Translations under genes and position numbers: made by a program
Notes under the pieces: model-generated
Databases searched by the model: none
What the model was told of the DNA's origin: nothing
Seen by the model: the letters and a program-made list of their open reading frames with translations, nothing else
NCBI GenBank assembly: GCA_018398765.1
Contig: JAHBMJ010000232.1
Location: 1-53,087 of the forward strand
Direction: 5' to 3'
Source: Chromera velia
Lineage: Eukaryota
DNA length: 53,087 nt
Part shown: in pieces, positions 38,001 through 51,858 of the stretch
How the letters are laid out: the number at the start of each line of letters is the position of its first letter
How positions within the stretch are numbered: position 1 is the first letter of the stretch

Positions 38001-39590
38001 ATGACAAGCGAGCTCAGTTACGCAGCGATCGAGTCGAGTTTTCGGCGTCTGATGACTCTGCTCGATGAGGAAAGGGCGAAGGTTGCGAAGGAGTGGGCAG
38101 CCGTGATTGCCAGAAGAGATGCACTGGACACCGAGCTTGCGCAACAGAAGAAACTTGTGCACATGGAATTGTTGGACACAAAGAGAGAAATCGAAGAGGA
38201 GAAAAAAAGACTGATGCAAATGCGCTCCATGCTTTCTCCTTTAGTTGCTCACGTCAGTTGGCACGGTTTACTCAAAACTGCGGCATGCAGATCCCTATGT
38301 CTGTCTACCTGTATTGGCCCGCTTCTCTCCGTGTCATCTGCTTCGATCCTCATTCAGCATTTTTTCTGCAACATCTTTGCGCGCATAGGACGGGGTTTTT
38401 GTCGCAGTTAGTGTCTTTGCTTTCATATTTCGGTGTTTACAGGGTTGCGTACATGAGTTTGTTTGCGTGCATGCGCGTGATTATCATTGTGTGTCGGTAT
38501 GTATGCGTGTATGCGTGTATGCGTGTGTGTGTGTGTGTGTGTGTGTGAGTGATTATGACTGTGTGTGAGTGTGTTGATTTGTCTTTGTCGCAACATCTAT
38601 GCATTCCTCCTGTTCAGCTCCTTTAGCCCCCCCCGGTTCCACCCTTTTTTCTTCTCGCTGTGTCCACTCTTTTCGTCGGTCCACTCTCATTTTTGTGCAT
38701 ACACGGATGCAGGAAAAGGACCGCATTGACTTTCTCGTAGGGGGGCAGAAGGTGTCCGCGTACAAGCCCACGTTGATGATGGCTCCAGGCAGCGCCCTGG
38801 AGGCAGTCACGTGGCCAGAGATCGCAAAGACAGCGCCAAGAGACAGCACGGGAAGATTCATCTTCGATGTGGTCAGTCAGTCAGTCAGTCAGCGTGTGCC
38901 ATTTCTTCTGTGGTACTGGTTCTCTGGATGCGATCAGTGGGTGCTCCTGGCAGTTTGTGTGTCCCTCAAGGACAGGAATCTTGCTTTTATATTGATACAC
39001 ACAAGGAAGGCTTCCCTCATGTGGAAATCCACTCCGAAGAAAGGGAAGCTATTTGACGTATTTGTAGTACTTTGCACTGTGAGGGCAATTCCTGTTGTTT
39101 TGAGGCAACCAATATTCCAGAATGTACAAAACAATATGTCGACAAACGAATCACCCACCCACACTCCAAAACAGAGCTCTCCCAAATTCCCTACAGGACC
39201 CGGAAGCGTTCGGCCTCATTCTGTCCTACCTGAGGGCCAAGAGAGCAGAACCAAGTCCCCAGTACCCGGCAGTACCTGAGGTCAGGCAGACAGACAGACA
39301 GACAGACAGACAGACACACACAGACAGACACAGACAGACACAGACAGACACAGACAGACACAGACAGAGACACCAAAACGGACAACGGCACAGGACGCAG
39401 ACGCCTGAGGCAGGCAGGCAGGCACGCAGGCAGGCAGGCACACGGACAGGCAGACAGCCAGGCAGCAGCACGTGCGCCTCCACTTTGAATTTCTTTTCCA
39501 CCCATTTCTTCGTGCGTCGACGTCCATTCTCTCTCACTCACACACACAAAACACACACACACACACACACACACCCAACACACTCACTCA

Positions 39591-39625
<35 letters not shown>

Positions 39626-39632
39626 CACACAC

Positions 39633-39673
<41 letters not shown>

Positions 39674-41397
39674 AAAGAGAAGGACAATGAGATTCGCCAA
39701 AAGAAGCGAAACGCGGTGAGTGGTCAGAGGAATGACGGATGTCTGGTTCGGCAAGCTGTGTGCCGACATTTTTGAGTGTCTATGTGAGCGTTTGTGTCGA
39801 TGAAGATACACGTGTGCGTGGTTGTGTTTGTGTGTGAGTCTGTGTGCAGAAGCTCCGGTACGCTTTTGACTTTGCGGTCAACCGCCTGAACATTTTGGAG
39901 CTGACTCCCCACGGTGGGTTTGTGGAGGAAGTGCACACCGCCTGGATTTATTCTTTCAAAGACGTCGAAGGGCAATGTACTGTTTTTCTCCCTTTCGCTG
40001 CAGTGTCATTTCCCGCATTTGCCCCTTCGCCTCTTCCATGTCCTTCTGCCCTTTCTCACTCTGTGTTTGCAGAACGGGATGCACTTCGTGCAGTTGGTTG
40101 ACTTTCTGATCTTCTTCTTCTTCGTCTTCTTCTTCTTCTTCTTTTTTTAACGTGTCGCTTTGATTCAATTTGCAGACATGAAGATCAACCCGTATCACGG
40201 GACTTCTCTCCAGATTCAGGGTTCCAATGTCACTGCACTCATGCACAGCTGGCAGGCAGTAACAACGAACAAGCCCTGTCTGGCCTCGCGAGACTTCCAG
40301 TTCCACGTCGACATCGTCAGGCTGCCTGAAAGTGTTCTGCCGCCAGCAGGGGGAGGAGGTACCATGGGAGGCAGAGGGGGGAGCAGTCCTTCGAGATCTG
40401 CAGCTGCAAGTGGGAGCGGCAGGATTTTAGGAGGAGGGGGAAGCTCCAAAGGTGGTCTTTGCATCGGCATGGTCGCGCACATTCCGAGCGACAAGGAGAG
40501 GAGCCAGATTCGATTTGAAGATGGAGTCGTTTACAATTCTGGAAATGGGTTGATGGGGGTGAGTCGATTTTGTTTTTGTTTTATCATTCACAACATCAGA
40601 GAATTTCGAAATGACTTGAAGAGTGTGTTTTAGTCTATCTGAGCACTTCTTCTTTGTGCAACTGCAGAGGCATGCTTCAGTTGCTGTATCCAAAAGTCCT
40701 TTGGCTGACACTTGTTGAATCAATCATCTGAGTTTTTGTTTTACGCTTGCCCACCCTGTTTTTTCATGGCGTTCTCTTCAGGGTGCGGGGGCAGGAGAAG
40801 ACACCCGGGCAGTTGTCCACTTCAAGGAAGCCTCGAGGGTTACTGTGAAACTTCTTGCCAACTACAGAAAGCTCCAGTGGTCGGTCGGTCGTTGTACTTT
40901 GACAGTGGGTGAAATGCCAGCTCGCAATTAAAGTTTTCTTCAACAACTGCTTCAGGTGGACGATCGATCTTGTATGATGGGGTTCACACAATGCTGCCGC
41001 TCGCTTGCTGCCCTTTTGAAGCACTCACCGTGTTTCTCCAACTGAGGGAGTTGCCTGCATAACGATGCAATACGGAAAGGGACGGGAGGCTGGTCTGGAT
41101 TCGGAATGCAAAAGAAAAAATCGTGTTTCTCTGCTGGTATTGTGCGTGGAGCTTTCCTTCTTTCTTCCCCTCTTTTGTCTCACGATCAGGTTTTATAACG
41201 GGCATCTGTTGGCAACGTCCATCATTCGGAATGACATGACGCCCTCCCTCTACCCTATCGTCTGCCTCTTCTACCCGGTCAGTTCTCTGTACCTGGTTGA
41301 TTCGAATCAGTCGTGGAAACTCTTGCACGGACTTGTTTTGAGGTCTTTGTTTCTTCTTTTTGGACTCCCTTTTAGACGCATCGCGCGCGGGCGCTCG

Positions 41398-41441
<44 letters not shown>

Positions 41442-41962
41442 CGGAAGGGAAGGGAAGAGAGGAGGAGGGCAAGGGAGAGGGAACAAGGCAGAGAGAGAAA
41501 GTGATTCGGTGACTCCGTGCCTCCAAATGCACATTTCCACATTTCCACTTACCTCTCAGAACCTTTTCCTGGTTCATTGATAGTGTTTTGTATTCGAGCA
41601 ATCTGTGCGTGAATCGTTACGTGTCTTTTTCTCTATCTGTCCACTGTGTATGTGGAGTGCAGGGCCAGTCAGTGAACATCACCTTTGGAGACCCTGCTCT
41701 TGCCTCTTCCCCCAATGCCTCTGAGGCAAGAGGAAGTCTCCCTCCCCTCAAGCAGCAACAGCAACAGGCAAGCACTGCCAGTGTGCAAAGCGTATCACAA
41801 GCAGGAAAAGCCAAACACGACATGGGAGGCACTGCCGCGACATCCCCGGCAGGCATTCGGTTGGAGTTCAGGAGTGACGGAGAACCCGTTCTCACGTCCG
41901 CACCACAGCGGCAGGCGGCAGAGAATAATTTGAACTCGAAAGCTGAAACTGGTGCGGGGTGA
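38001..41962 (+). CDS. Coiled-coil + BTB/POZ (KCTD-type) + SPRY/B30.2-like protein, multi-exon
   Basis: Exons 38001-38252, 38713-38871 and 39197-39280 give IDFLVGGQKVSAYKPTLMMAPGSAL...RDSTGRFIFDV-DPEAFGLILSYLR (BTB_2 pattern). Later exons FQFHVDIV...LCIGMV...FYNGHLL...LYPIVCLFYP-GQSVNITFG resemble SPRY. Stop TGA at 41962. Confidence 0.8.
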
Positions 41963-44900
41963 AGCATCTCGACGGTGTGTGGTCCATTCGGCAAAGCCAA
42001 TTATTCATTTTCATTATCGATCTCCCACTCACACACCCCATATAACTATGCTAGGAAGGTTGAACGGTAGAGTTTGGAATTGAACTGACCCAATAATGTT
42101 GGATTGGTAGGTACGATAGTAGATTGGGAAGGGCGGTTAGCAGCTACGTACGTAATCCTCTTGATTGCATGATGACTAACATTTTATTTGAAAGACAATG
42201 AAAGTTCACTTGTCACGCTCTTCTCCGCTTGTTACCGGCAGTGTTATGAAGCGATCAGTAAACAGTTTAATATTGACTTGAATACTCAGTTTGCGTCTTT
42301 TAAAGAGATATACAAGATGTATATAAGTTAGTATGTGTATAAGCGCTGCTAATTTGAGCTTGGAGCTCCCATCTTTTTAATTATAGATCGCGAGAAATGA
42401 GTTTCAAAAGTTTATGAAATTTAGTGGAATCTGAACAAGTAGATTACATGTTAAATCCCACTAAAATCCACCAAATCCATTCAAATTCAACTAAATTCCA
42501 ACAGTAAATTCCATTAAATTCTACTAAATTCTCTGGGAATTGCGTTTAGTTTTATATATAAGGTCAGTATCATATAAGCACATAAATAACTTTTTGCACC
42601 ACCTTTTTGGCAAGTTTTTGCGGGAAGGCCGAAGGACTAGAAACATCAGTAGATGAATACTGAGGAGTGCAACATGAACATTGAAAAAAACCGATAGCAC
42701 TAATAGTACTATATATAATATATAGTAGCGCTATACACTCCTAAATGCATTTTACTAGGTATTTTTAATCCTATTTTAGTGCATTCTTAGATATTCTTCT
42801 CTGCTATATCGCTCCTGACGTCGCTCAGCGTTGTTTGAACTTGTTTTTTCTATTCAGTCTATTGTCAGATACACAGCATGGCAGAGCATGCCACTGTACA
42901 CGTTTCCCTTCGTGATGTTGAAAGGGGATGCTTCACTGTCCCTCTTTCCCTTCCTCTGCTTTTCTTTTTGTGCGTTTCAATTTCATGCGGCTTCTCTTCC
43001 CCGATTTTGTCTCTCTATCGACAGTGTGTGGCTCTACCTCCCTTCAACACTTCCTTCCTCTAATACTTTGGAGCACACTTTGATTTCTCCGCTTGACTGT
43101 TTCGTTCCGATAGCTTTAGCGCTCTGTGTGTGTATGAAAGAGGAGGGCAGGGAAGGGGAGACTTGGTTCTGATCGATGCATGACCTCGCAAAGCCTGACT
43201 GACTGAAAAGTGGTCTTTCATATCGCATGCAGACTGCGTGTGGAGAAGAACAAAGGGAGGGGGAAAAAAGTCTTCCCGAGAGGACAGATAGAAATTAAAC
43301 AGCTGGCAAGAAGTACGCGTGCATGGAGAAATTAAGACGGCATCATGCATGCGGGCACTGCCGAGTTGAGCAAAACGCAGAGACCATGCAATCTCCGTGA
43401 AAAAGTGATGATCCGTCTTTGTGCCGCGGCGTGTGGATGAAAAATGATCCATCTCTGTAACTGTCTCTTTCTTTTTTCTTTTTCTTGCCTTTCTTCCATC
43501 CCTTTCTTTTTTTGCCATGTTTTGCAACAAAGACCAGCAAGTCAATCTGCCAATCACAAAAAGTGGGGCATGAGGCCCATTACCCCAGCTTCCTGAATCG
43601 GTGTTCCTCTTTCTCTCTCTCTTTGGAGGACTTCAAAGTCACAGGCTGTGTAGTTTTCTTTCGTCTCTTTTGTCTTCGTTTTTGACAGACAGGAGGAGGG
43701 ACGGAGAGGGGCACGCACTGTTGATACGGCGCAACATCTTTCGAGATTTTTAGATGTACGTGCTTTCCAGATTCTGCCGTGCATTTTCACGGCAAGTTGA
43801 ATCTGGAAACATTGAAAAACGAGGACACGTACACAAACACCGATGGCCGGACGATGCATAAACCGACCCATGGAGGACCCGAAGTAAGGAAGGCCCCGGA
43901 ATCCCAGAGCTCCCTCCCCTCAACTCCCCGAGCGAGGGAAACGAAATGGATAATTAAGGCCTTCCGCGATCACCCCCCCTCCCTCCCCTTCCCAACCAAC
44001 CCCTCTCTCATGAATAGACGGAAGGAAGGACGGACGGAAGGAACGGAAGAAAGAAAGGAACTAGGAACGGGGGGCCGGTCGAATGAATCATGGTCGATCG
44101 CAGGAAGTAAATTCAGGGGGAGAAGGAGGGACAATCGGTCCTGTGCGAACGTTACAAAAACGGGCAGGCGAGAAAGGTGGGTGATCGAACACGAAAGAGA
44201 TGAAATAAAAGGGCAATCAACAAGACTGTCCGTCCAGACGAGAGCGATCGAAAGGACGAAAAGAGGTCATGCAATCAGAGCACAGCCTTCCCTCTTGCTG
44301 CATAAGGGAAGCGAAGGGAAGGGAAGGGAAGGGAAGGAGGCCTCCGAACCGATCCGTGCACTTAAGTGGGATTATTGTCAAGCTAGACAAAGAAGAGGAA
44401 GAGAAATGGACGGACATGCGGTACGGTTCTTGACAGATGTACTCACACGTGCGTGTACTGCTGCACGATGCAGCAGAATCGATCGGGAGTCCCCGAAAGA
44501 AAAGGCCGACTGCATGAGTTCGTCACCCCGCTTGTCAACCGTAACAAAAGAAAGGGAAGCGAGACGAAGACAAACAAAATACGCAGCCGGAAAGGCGAAG
44601 AACTGCAACCTCCCCCCTGTTCGAGCAGAGTTCATTCACTCTTTGCTTTGTCTATTTGACGAATCAGACGGCAGTTTCAAAGGGAGGGTTGGATGAGAGA
44701 GGAAAGACATGAGGCAGGAAAAGAGGACGAATTGTCGCACAAGAAAATGGAATCCAAAATCTCTTTCGAGTAATTTATCGTCTGTCCTCCGCTGTCTGTC
44801 TGTCTGTCTGTCCGTCCGTCCGTCTGTCTATCTGTCTGTCTGTCTGAACGAATTTTCTTCTTCTTCTCCTTCTTCTTCTGGCTTGCCTTCCTGCCGTCCC

Positions 44901-46322
44901 GTCTACACGATCGAGACAGCTAGAGTGATCGAAGGACGTGAGTGAGTTAGTGAGTGAGTGAGTGAGTGAACTGCAGGAGGAGGTGAGTACCACATGAGTG
45001 GGAGGGAGAAGTAGGACTGGCAGTTCTCATGAGCCACAATCATCATCATCATGACAAATTTCAAAAAACAGATCAATTTAAATAGATACGACGACATACG
45101 GTGAAACCTTCATTCCGAATCAAACCGTAAAGATCGAGCAGACAAGGCTTCAGGAAAGACACTCAGCACCAGCACATGAGATAAAAATTGCGAAGAGATG
45201 ATAAGAGGTGGCGGAAAGGAGGTTTGTATGTGCGATTGATTACACAGACATTGCTTGAAGATCGGGGGACAAGGGACAATCTGCCTTTCTCCCCCCCCTT
45301 TCCGCGTCCTGATCTCTTTCCCTCTCCCCATGCTGCAATGAGTGATCCAACGATCGGGAATGACGGGAGGCAGGGAGGAAGGACGCGCGGAAGGAGAGAA
45401 AGGATACACAGCTTTGTGGACAAAACAAGGAGGAAAAGTAAAATTTCTTCAACAAAACTGCTCGATCCCGAACTTGACCAAAGGTCTGTGTGTGGGCCTC
45501 TTTCTCTTTCCGAAAAATGTACAGGGACTCGAAACGGTCCAAGGATTTACATACGCTCTTTCCTTATGAACCATAGAAAGGGAAGATACAAGCACACAAC
45601 GAAGTAGGAATGCAACGACGGTCTTCTCTCCAGGAGGACCCCTTCAGTCTCCCTCCCTCAACCTGTCGCTGCTCCATCCGACCACCTGCATTGACGGACA
45701 TATCGACTCCCACTGGGAGGACCCCCGTACAGTGTATGAGGTATCTCTGACAGTGTGTTCCCTCCTCTCAACTCAAAAGTCCCCCCGGAGAGGAGAACAG
45801 AAAAGAGGACGCCTCCTGTAGCAAGCAAGCGAACACAGAAAGAGAGAGAGATGAAAAAGGTGCATGCCTGAATTGAGACTGAACAAGCAAGCATCTTGAG
45901 ATCACTCATCCCAACGAGTCATGCAGCCATGCAATCATACGGAGAGAGTTGAACTGACTTGGAGAGAGAGAAGGAAAAAGAAAGGGAAAGGAGGAAAGAA
46001 GGACTTTGCCTCCAGCTGAGTCGGGAATAAAAGAGGGAGACTGAGCAGAAGTCATCAAGCAACGAACTGGATTGCGCTTCCCCTCCACGAGCTTCTTCTC
46101 CCTTCGTGCTGCTGACTCCCACGCTCACCCGTTAACTCGATCACGTCAACGAAAAGGCCCTCCCCTAAGATCCCAGCGGGACGTGGAACCTCCGCTGTGG
46201 CGACCTTCGTAATAATCGTCCAAGGCTTTCTCCTCTCGACTCTGTTCATAACGATCATAATCCTCCTCCTCTTTGACTCGAACAACACCCCACCTGTCGT
46301 CAAATCTCCCCTGCATCTGAAG

Positions 46323-49300
46323 TCACTGCGAGTGGGAACGGGAACGGGATCGATCCCTTTGCCTCTCTCTCCTGCCCACCCTCTCTCCAAAATTCCCTCT
46401 GTACTCCCTCTCACGTCCCCAATTTCTCTCCAAACCACGATGAGGACTCGAAGACCTCTGCCCCCCCTGTCCCCCCAAAGAGGCGGACCGTTGAAACCCA
46501 CCAAGACGCCCTTCCCCCTCCCTGCCACTTAAAGTTTGGGGCACACAAAGAATGACAGGAGGCTTGAAGGAAGTCTCTCTCTGCACGGCACCGCCCTCAG
46601 ATGCGTGCCCCCCATAACTGGGGGAGTGTGCGGTCGGTAGGTATTGTTGGGGCACACTGCGATGAGTTCCCCATGCATGTCTGCACGGCTCCTCATGTAG
46701 ACTCATACCGCGAGACCCGCCCTCACGTTCATCATGTCTTTCTTCATAACGAGGGCGAGGGGGATCCCTTGAGAACACACTGCGGCGGGGTGAAGAGTTC
46801 AAACGGTCAAGCCTGGCCGTACCTCGATATCCCTGCTCCTGCATCTCCGCTTCTTCTTCTTGTCCTCTGCTCAGGGGGAGGAGGCTCTGACTGCCGTGCG
46901 TGTACCCAGCAGGTGCCCCTCCCCTCTGGTGGGTCTGTGCGGCAGGAGGAAGAGCCGAAAGGGACTGCCTTGAGGAGAAGGCAAGACCAGGATCAAACTG
47001 GCTGTGTGGAGGGGCGGGGAGAACCTCATCGCCCCCTCCAGGCAGGGCAGGCTGGGGCACCTGCTCTGAGACAGATACAGTGGCACTGCCAGCCTCATGT
47101 CTGCCGTCTGTCCTCTGACAGCGTCAGGGTGCTGATGGGAGACAAACTGAGGGAGCCGATCGGCAGCAGCATGTAAGGGGAGTGGCCGAAGAATTTGGGT
47201 TCTCCCTGAAAGGGTCTGCGACTGTTCAGACCTCGACTGAGAGAAACTATTCTCCTCCTCCTCCTCTTTCACCTTCACCGGCATGGACTGTTCCTGGGGA
47301 GGGGGAGGAATTGGACTGCGGTCTGGAAGCTTGAAATGGTGAAGGGTCTGGTGGGGGTCGGCGGGGAGTTCGTGCGGGTCGGAGACGGAAGGGCGTGGAC
47401 CATTTTGAGGTCCAGTCACTGGCTGGGGAGGGGCTGCCTCGATAGGGGCAACTGGGAGGGGGCTTTGGGATTTCGGGGCAGAGGCACTGCTGGGCTGACT
47501 TGGGGGCGCTGGGGCATCGGTGAGAGTGGAGACGGCAACAGAGGTGGCAGTGGGTTCCTGGGGGGAGGGTTGTTTTTTTCTGGCAAACGCAAGAGCTGCG
47601 GCGACAGCGCAGTCCTTCTCACTGTCATTGTCGCTATCACCGTCGCTGTCGCTGTCGCTTTCTGAGGATGAGATCTGGATGCTCTCTGCACTTGGGGAGG
47701 AGCGGGGCTGTCTAGGGTGGATCGAGCTTGGTTTGTCGGTGTGTGGGGGTCGTCTGAGGCTGTTTGAGGACTGAGGGGGTTGAGCCCGGCTTTCCTTGGT
47801 CTGTTTTCTTCGGTCCCCCTTCCTTTTCTGTTGGTCTTTCAGGACTGCTGCTGGATTGGAGCCCTTTCTTCCCTCTGCTCTCTTTTCGGTTTCTCCTTTC
47901 TTGCCCTCCTGTTGACGCTTCAGAGAGTCACGGCTGCCCATCTTTCTTAGCCCCCCCTCTCCCTCTCTCTGCTTTGTCGACCCTCGTGGGGGCGGAGAGG
48001 GACGACGAGTCAACGAGGCAGCAGACAAACCTGCAGACCCTCTGCGCTTGAGGTTGGCACTGCCCCCATTGCTTTTCGAGGCAACAGAGCGCGCGTTGGA
48101 CGCACAAGAATCACCTGTGCTCTTCCTCTTCTCCCCACGCCCCTTGGGCGCAGAGGAAGAAGCAGCAGCCTCCTTCGCTGCAGGGGAAGGGGAGGAAAGG
48201 GAGGAAGAGACAACACATGCAGGGGGAGAGATCGATAGCAGCAGAAACATTTAAAGAGGGTGAGTAGAGAGAAACATTTCTGAAGGGAGAAAGAGGAAAG
48301 AGGCAAAAACTCTGCAGAGGAGGAAGACGCATGGGATTCGAAACAGCACAAAGTTTGGAATCCCCTTTCCGTTCTTTCCCCCAGCTGGCAACTGCCCCGA
48401 CTGACCGCTCTCTGATTCTTTTTCTTCGCGGACCGCTGCGGTCACTGCGTCCCAGTCTCCAGTCTCCCTCCATGCTCTTATTTTCGCTTTCTCTCTAACT
48501 GGCTTCTGATGCAAGTCTAGCGTGTTTCTGATATCTCTAAGGTCCTCTTTGACTTTTGCAGTTTTCTGCTTGTCAAGCGCCCCCGCCTTTTTATCCTTCA
48601 CGATCGGATCGTCTGGAAGCCGATCGAGTTGACAGCACATGTCGAGTGCCAAATCCCGAAGGAGACGGAGGAAAAAAGGGGGAATCAGATTCGTAGTTCG
48701 TATGCCCGCAACATCTGTATCTATCATCAGGGGAAGGGAACCTTCGTTCTGCTTTTTGGCCTGTGTGAGGCTGTTTGCAAAAGTCTCTGTCAGAGAGGCT
48801 GACAGGAGGGACTTCAACTTGTTCCTGCACATTCCTTCCCACAGCCGCAGAAATTCTGGCAGTTCCTCCCGAAGACATCTAACAATACTCTGCTGTGTCG
48901 TTTCCCCACCCGTCGTCTCCCTCTTCTGCATTTTCTTGTGGACGTGATTGATCCACTGAATAAACGTCTGGGAGACAATTGTGGTGTTTGTAAACTCTCC
49001 CCAAAGATCTGCCTCCTCTTTCCAGCAGATCTCCCAAGAGAAAACAGAGTCAACGGCTTGCTCTGCAGCGTTCTCCAGCTGCTCGGGGAGGTTCCGTGAT
49101 TGCCCCAAATTGAGCTCTTGTCTGAAATTATCGTCCATCCACATCAAAATGGCATTCCTCAGATGCTCACAAAGCAAGGGTTTCAGACTGATCTTTTCGG
49201 AGGCTCCCTCGACGTCTATTTTGCACATCCTTCCCTTCTCTAGTAGTTCTCCTGAAAGGAAATCTGTAACCCTCTGTTTCACTCCCTCAATCACCTCCCC

Positions 49301-49765
49301 CGCCCACCTACCCCCCTTCAGAGAGCGAATCGCCTCCTTCATCTTTTTTTCAATCAGGTTCGCCCCTGAGGAACCATTCAGAGTCGAGAGCTCTGTCTTC
49401 AAGTTCTCTCCAACAAGGGATTTCAGATGAACACAGAAGGCGTCAACTGCGCCCACCCACCAGCCGTCCCCATCCCCGAATATAACGAACTCTCTTTTCA
49501 ACTCATAACAAAGTGACTGCCACAGCTTTTTGCAGACTTCTTCCACTCCCTGGTCAAAGCCTTTGAGTGACTGGTTCTTCTCCGCAAGGATGAACCCTTT
49601 GTACTTGACGTTCTGTTTGACTATCGTCGACACTGCCTGTACGCACTTCATGAGAAACTCCCCGCTCTTCGGAGGCCCCGAGGGAGCGGAGGAGGAGGAG
49701 CCACCATTAAGGTCTACCTGTGAGGTCTTCCTTCGAGGCTCTTTCTTCACAATCGGCGAACTCAT
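46323..49765 (-). CDS. Hypothetical protein with helical N-terminal region and S/P/R-rich low-complexity C-terminus
   Basis: Long exon 49765-48406 (donor G|GTCAGT), phase-compatible acceptor at 48177, then a further exon from about 47068 to TGA 46323. No recognisable domain; the true 3' end is ambiguous (see findings). Confidence 0.65.
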
Positions 49766-50268
49766 CTGGCTTCAAGAAACGGGCAGCAAACAAACTGTTG
49801 CCACGGCCGTCTCCGGCAGCCTGGAATATCCGGTAAAAGCTCTTTTCGGCGTCTACGATGAGTCAATTTCAGTACAGTATCGAAATAACTGACACAATCC
49901 ACGGCTGTGAGATGAAATCTGACAATCTATATAAGAGACAATCAGTTCCACGGTGTCCGAGACAAACAGAGCTTAGAGAAGGAAATTCACGGGGGCAGCA
50001 TCGTGCCGTATGACGTTGGGGCCCGGATGCTTGAGTAAAGTCTGCGTCGTTCTCACACTGCGAGTAAAGAAACAGTGATACTAGAGCTGGAAATTGAGGA
50101 AGACTGGTTCGACGTGTTGTCAGACTTCCATGTCAGAACCCGCGCCACCAAAATCGCGCAGGCGCTCAGACCGAGTCAGGGCTTGCAGGACACGCAAAAA
50201 GTTTTTTTTACCGCAATTCATGGCACACAAAAAGTTCCTTACTAGCATTCCATGCGATACAGATATAA

Positions 50269-50604
50269 GCCCTGGCCCTTGAATTGTGACCATTCAACCA
50301 CCCTTTGCATCAACTGATCTGTATGGATGAATCTGTATGGTTTTTTTTTTCATTTTTCAATTCTTTTTTTTTTTGTAAAAAAAAAAATGGCCAGCTCCAG
50401 GTGGGGCCCTATCTGAAAGCGGTGTAAGCGCTCTCATCGCGCGCATGCACGTCGATGACAGACGTATGACAATGGCGCAAAATATAAGAGCAAAGGGTGA
50501 CATGGTGTTTGTCTGTGTGCAAGTCAGTGGATGTTGGCAGGTGTTTGTCTATAGGTACGTCAGGGTGGTATACGCCTATTTGGTCACAATTCAAGGGCCA
50601 GGGC
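50269..50604. mobile_element. MITE copy 1 (336 bp, 24 bp perfect TIRs)
   Basis: GCCCTGGCCCTTGAATTGTGACCA ... TGGTCACAATTCAAGGGCCAGGGC. Confidence 0.9.
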
Positions 50605-50927
50605 ATCGTGAGCTGTGTGACTTTGATTTCTTTTTTCTCTTGAATAAACGTCTTTGCCGTCTCTGCCGTCTCTGCAGGTTACTTGGAGCGACTGACTCTC
50701 TTTCTGGACGGCGTTTCTCGGAAAGTTGGTCTTCTTCGATTTGGACCCTTTTTTGCCCCCCCCCTCCCCCTTCCCTCTATGTGTGTGTGTGTGTGTGTGT
50801 GTGGATGGATGGATGGATAGATGGATGAATAGATGGATGAGTGGTTGGGTGGGTGGGTAGGTAGGTCACTGAGTGTGAGGGTGCACGCAAGCTAGTTCAG
50901 AGGTTGGGTGTACAGAGCTAGCAGGGA

Positions 50928-50980
<53 letters not shown>

Positions 50981-51522
50981 AGAGAGAGAGAGAGAGAAAG
51001 AAGGTGGGAGAGGGAGAAAGAGTGCAGAGAGACGGCGCATACGTTTCAGTGAGAGAAAAGGAAGGAGAAAGGATCGAGGTAAGTAGGTAAGAAAGAGTGA
51101 GACAGGCATTTCACGGGAGCAGAGAGTATGTGTGGCAGGAGAAGTGTGACTGAATAGACGAATGACTGTCAGTGAATGAAAGAGCAGAGAGGTGCGGTGG
51201 GCAGGACATGGTAGAAAAGAGTGATGAAAGATAAACAAAACAGACGAGTGTACACTGTACGGAGGGGCTTGGTAATCGGTTGGTAGAAAGTGAAAGGTAG
51301 GGGCATATTCAGTCAGACAGTGTATTTGATGGTAGAAAGCTTGTGGTAGAAGAGCGAAAGAGAGAGAGAAGGGAAGAAGGCAGGCAGGGAGAGAACACAA
51401 GTGGGTCAGTTACTTGGTAGGTCGGTTGGGTGGCCTTTTCCTTCCGTTCGCATGTTCTGTCAGTCAGAAAGAAAAAGAAGTCATTTTGAGAAAAACGCGT
51501 TTTTATAGTTTGACTCTACGAA

Positions 51523-51858
51523 GCCCTGGCCCTTGAATTGTGACCATTCAACCACCCTTTGCATCGACTGATCTGTATGGATGAATCTGTATGGTTTTTT
51601 TTTTCATTTTTCAATTCTTTTTTTTTTTGTAAAAAAAAAAATGGCCAGCTCCAGGTGGGGCCCTATCTGAAAGCGGTGTAAGCGCTCTCATCGCGCGCAT
51701 GCACGTCGATGACAGACGTATGACAATGGCGCAAAATATAAGAGCAAAGGGTGACATGGTGTTTGTCTGTGTGCAAGTCAGTGGATGTTGGCAGGTGTTT
51801 GTCTATAGGTACGTCAGGGTGGTATACGCCTATTTGGTCACAATTCAAGGGCCAGGGC
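51523..51858. mobile_element. MITE copy 2 (336 bp), same orientation as copy 1
   Basis: Identical to copy 1 by eye except CATCAACTG versus CATCGACTG. Confidence 0.9.

Noticed and set aside
41399..41441. Long poly-G tract as a functional G-quadruplex
   Set aside because: Intronic homopolymer of uncertain length. Similar poly-C runs precede both assembly gaps, so it may be partly a sequencing artefact.
43779..44696. 305 aa plus-strand ORF
   Set aside because: No ATG start or recognisable domain. Purine-rich simple repeats suggest the antisense of intron or UTR sequence in a TpA-poor region, where long ORFs arise by chance.
48248..48253. TAA immediately followed by in-frame ATG, suggesting stop-restart or readthrough
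   Set aside because: It falls inside a phase-compatible canonical intron (donor after 48406, acceptor before 48177) in a pyrimidine-rich stretch.
50269..51858. LTR retrotransposon or TRIM
   Set aside because: The direct repeats lack TG...CA ends, have perfect 24 bp internal TIRs, and no PBS or PPT is evident. They are better described as MITEs.
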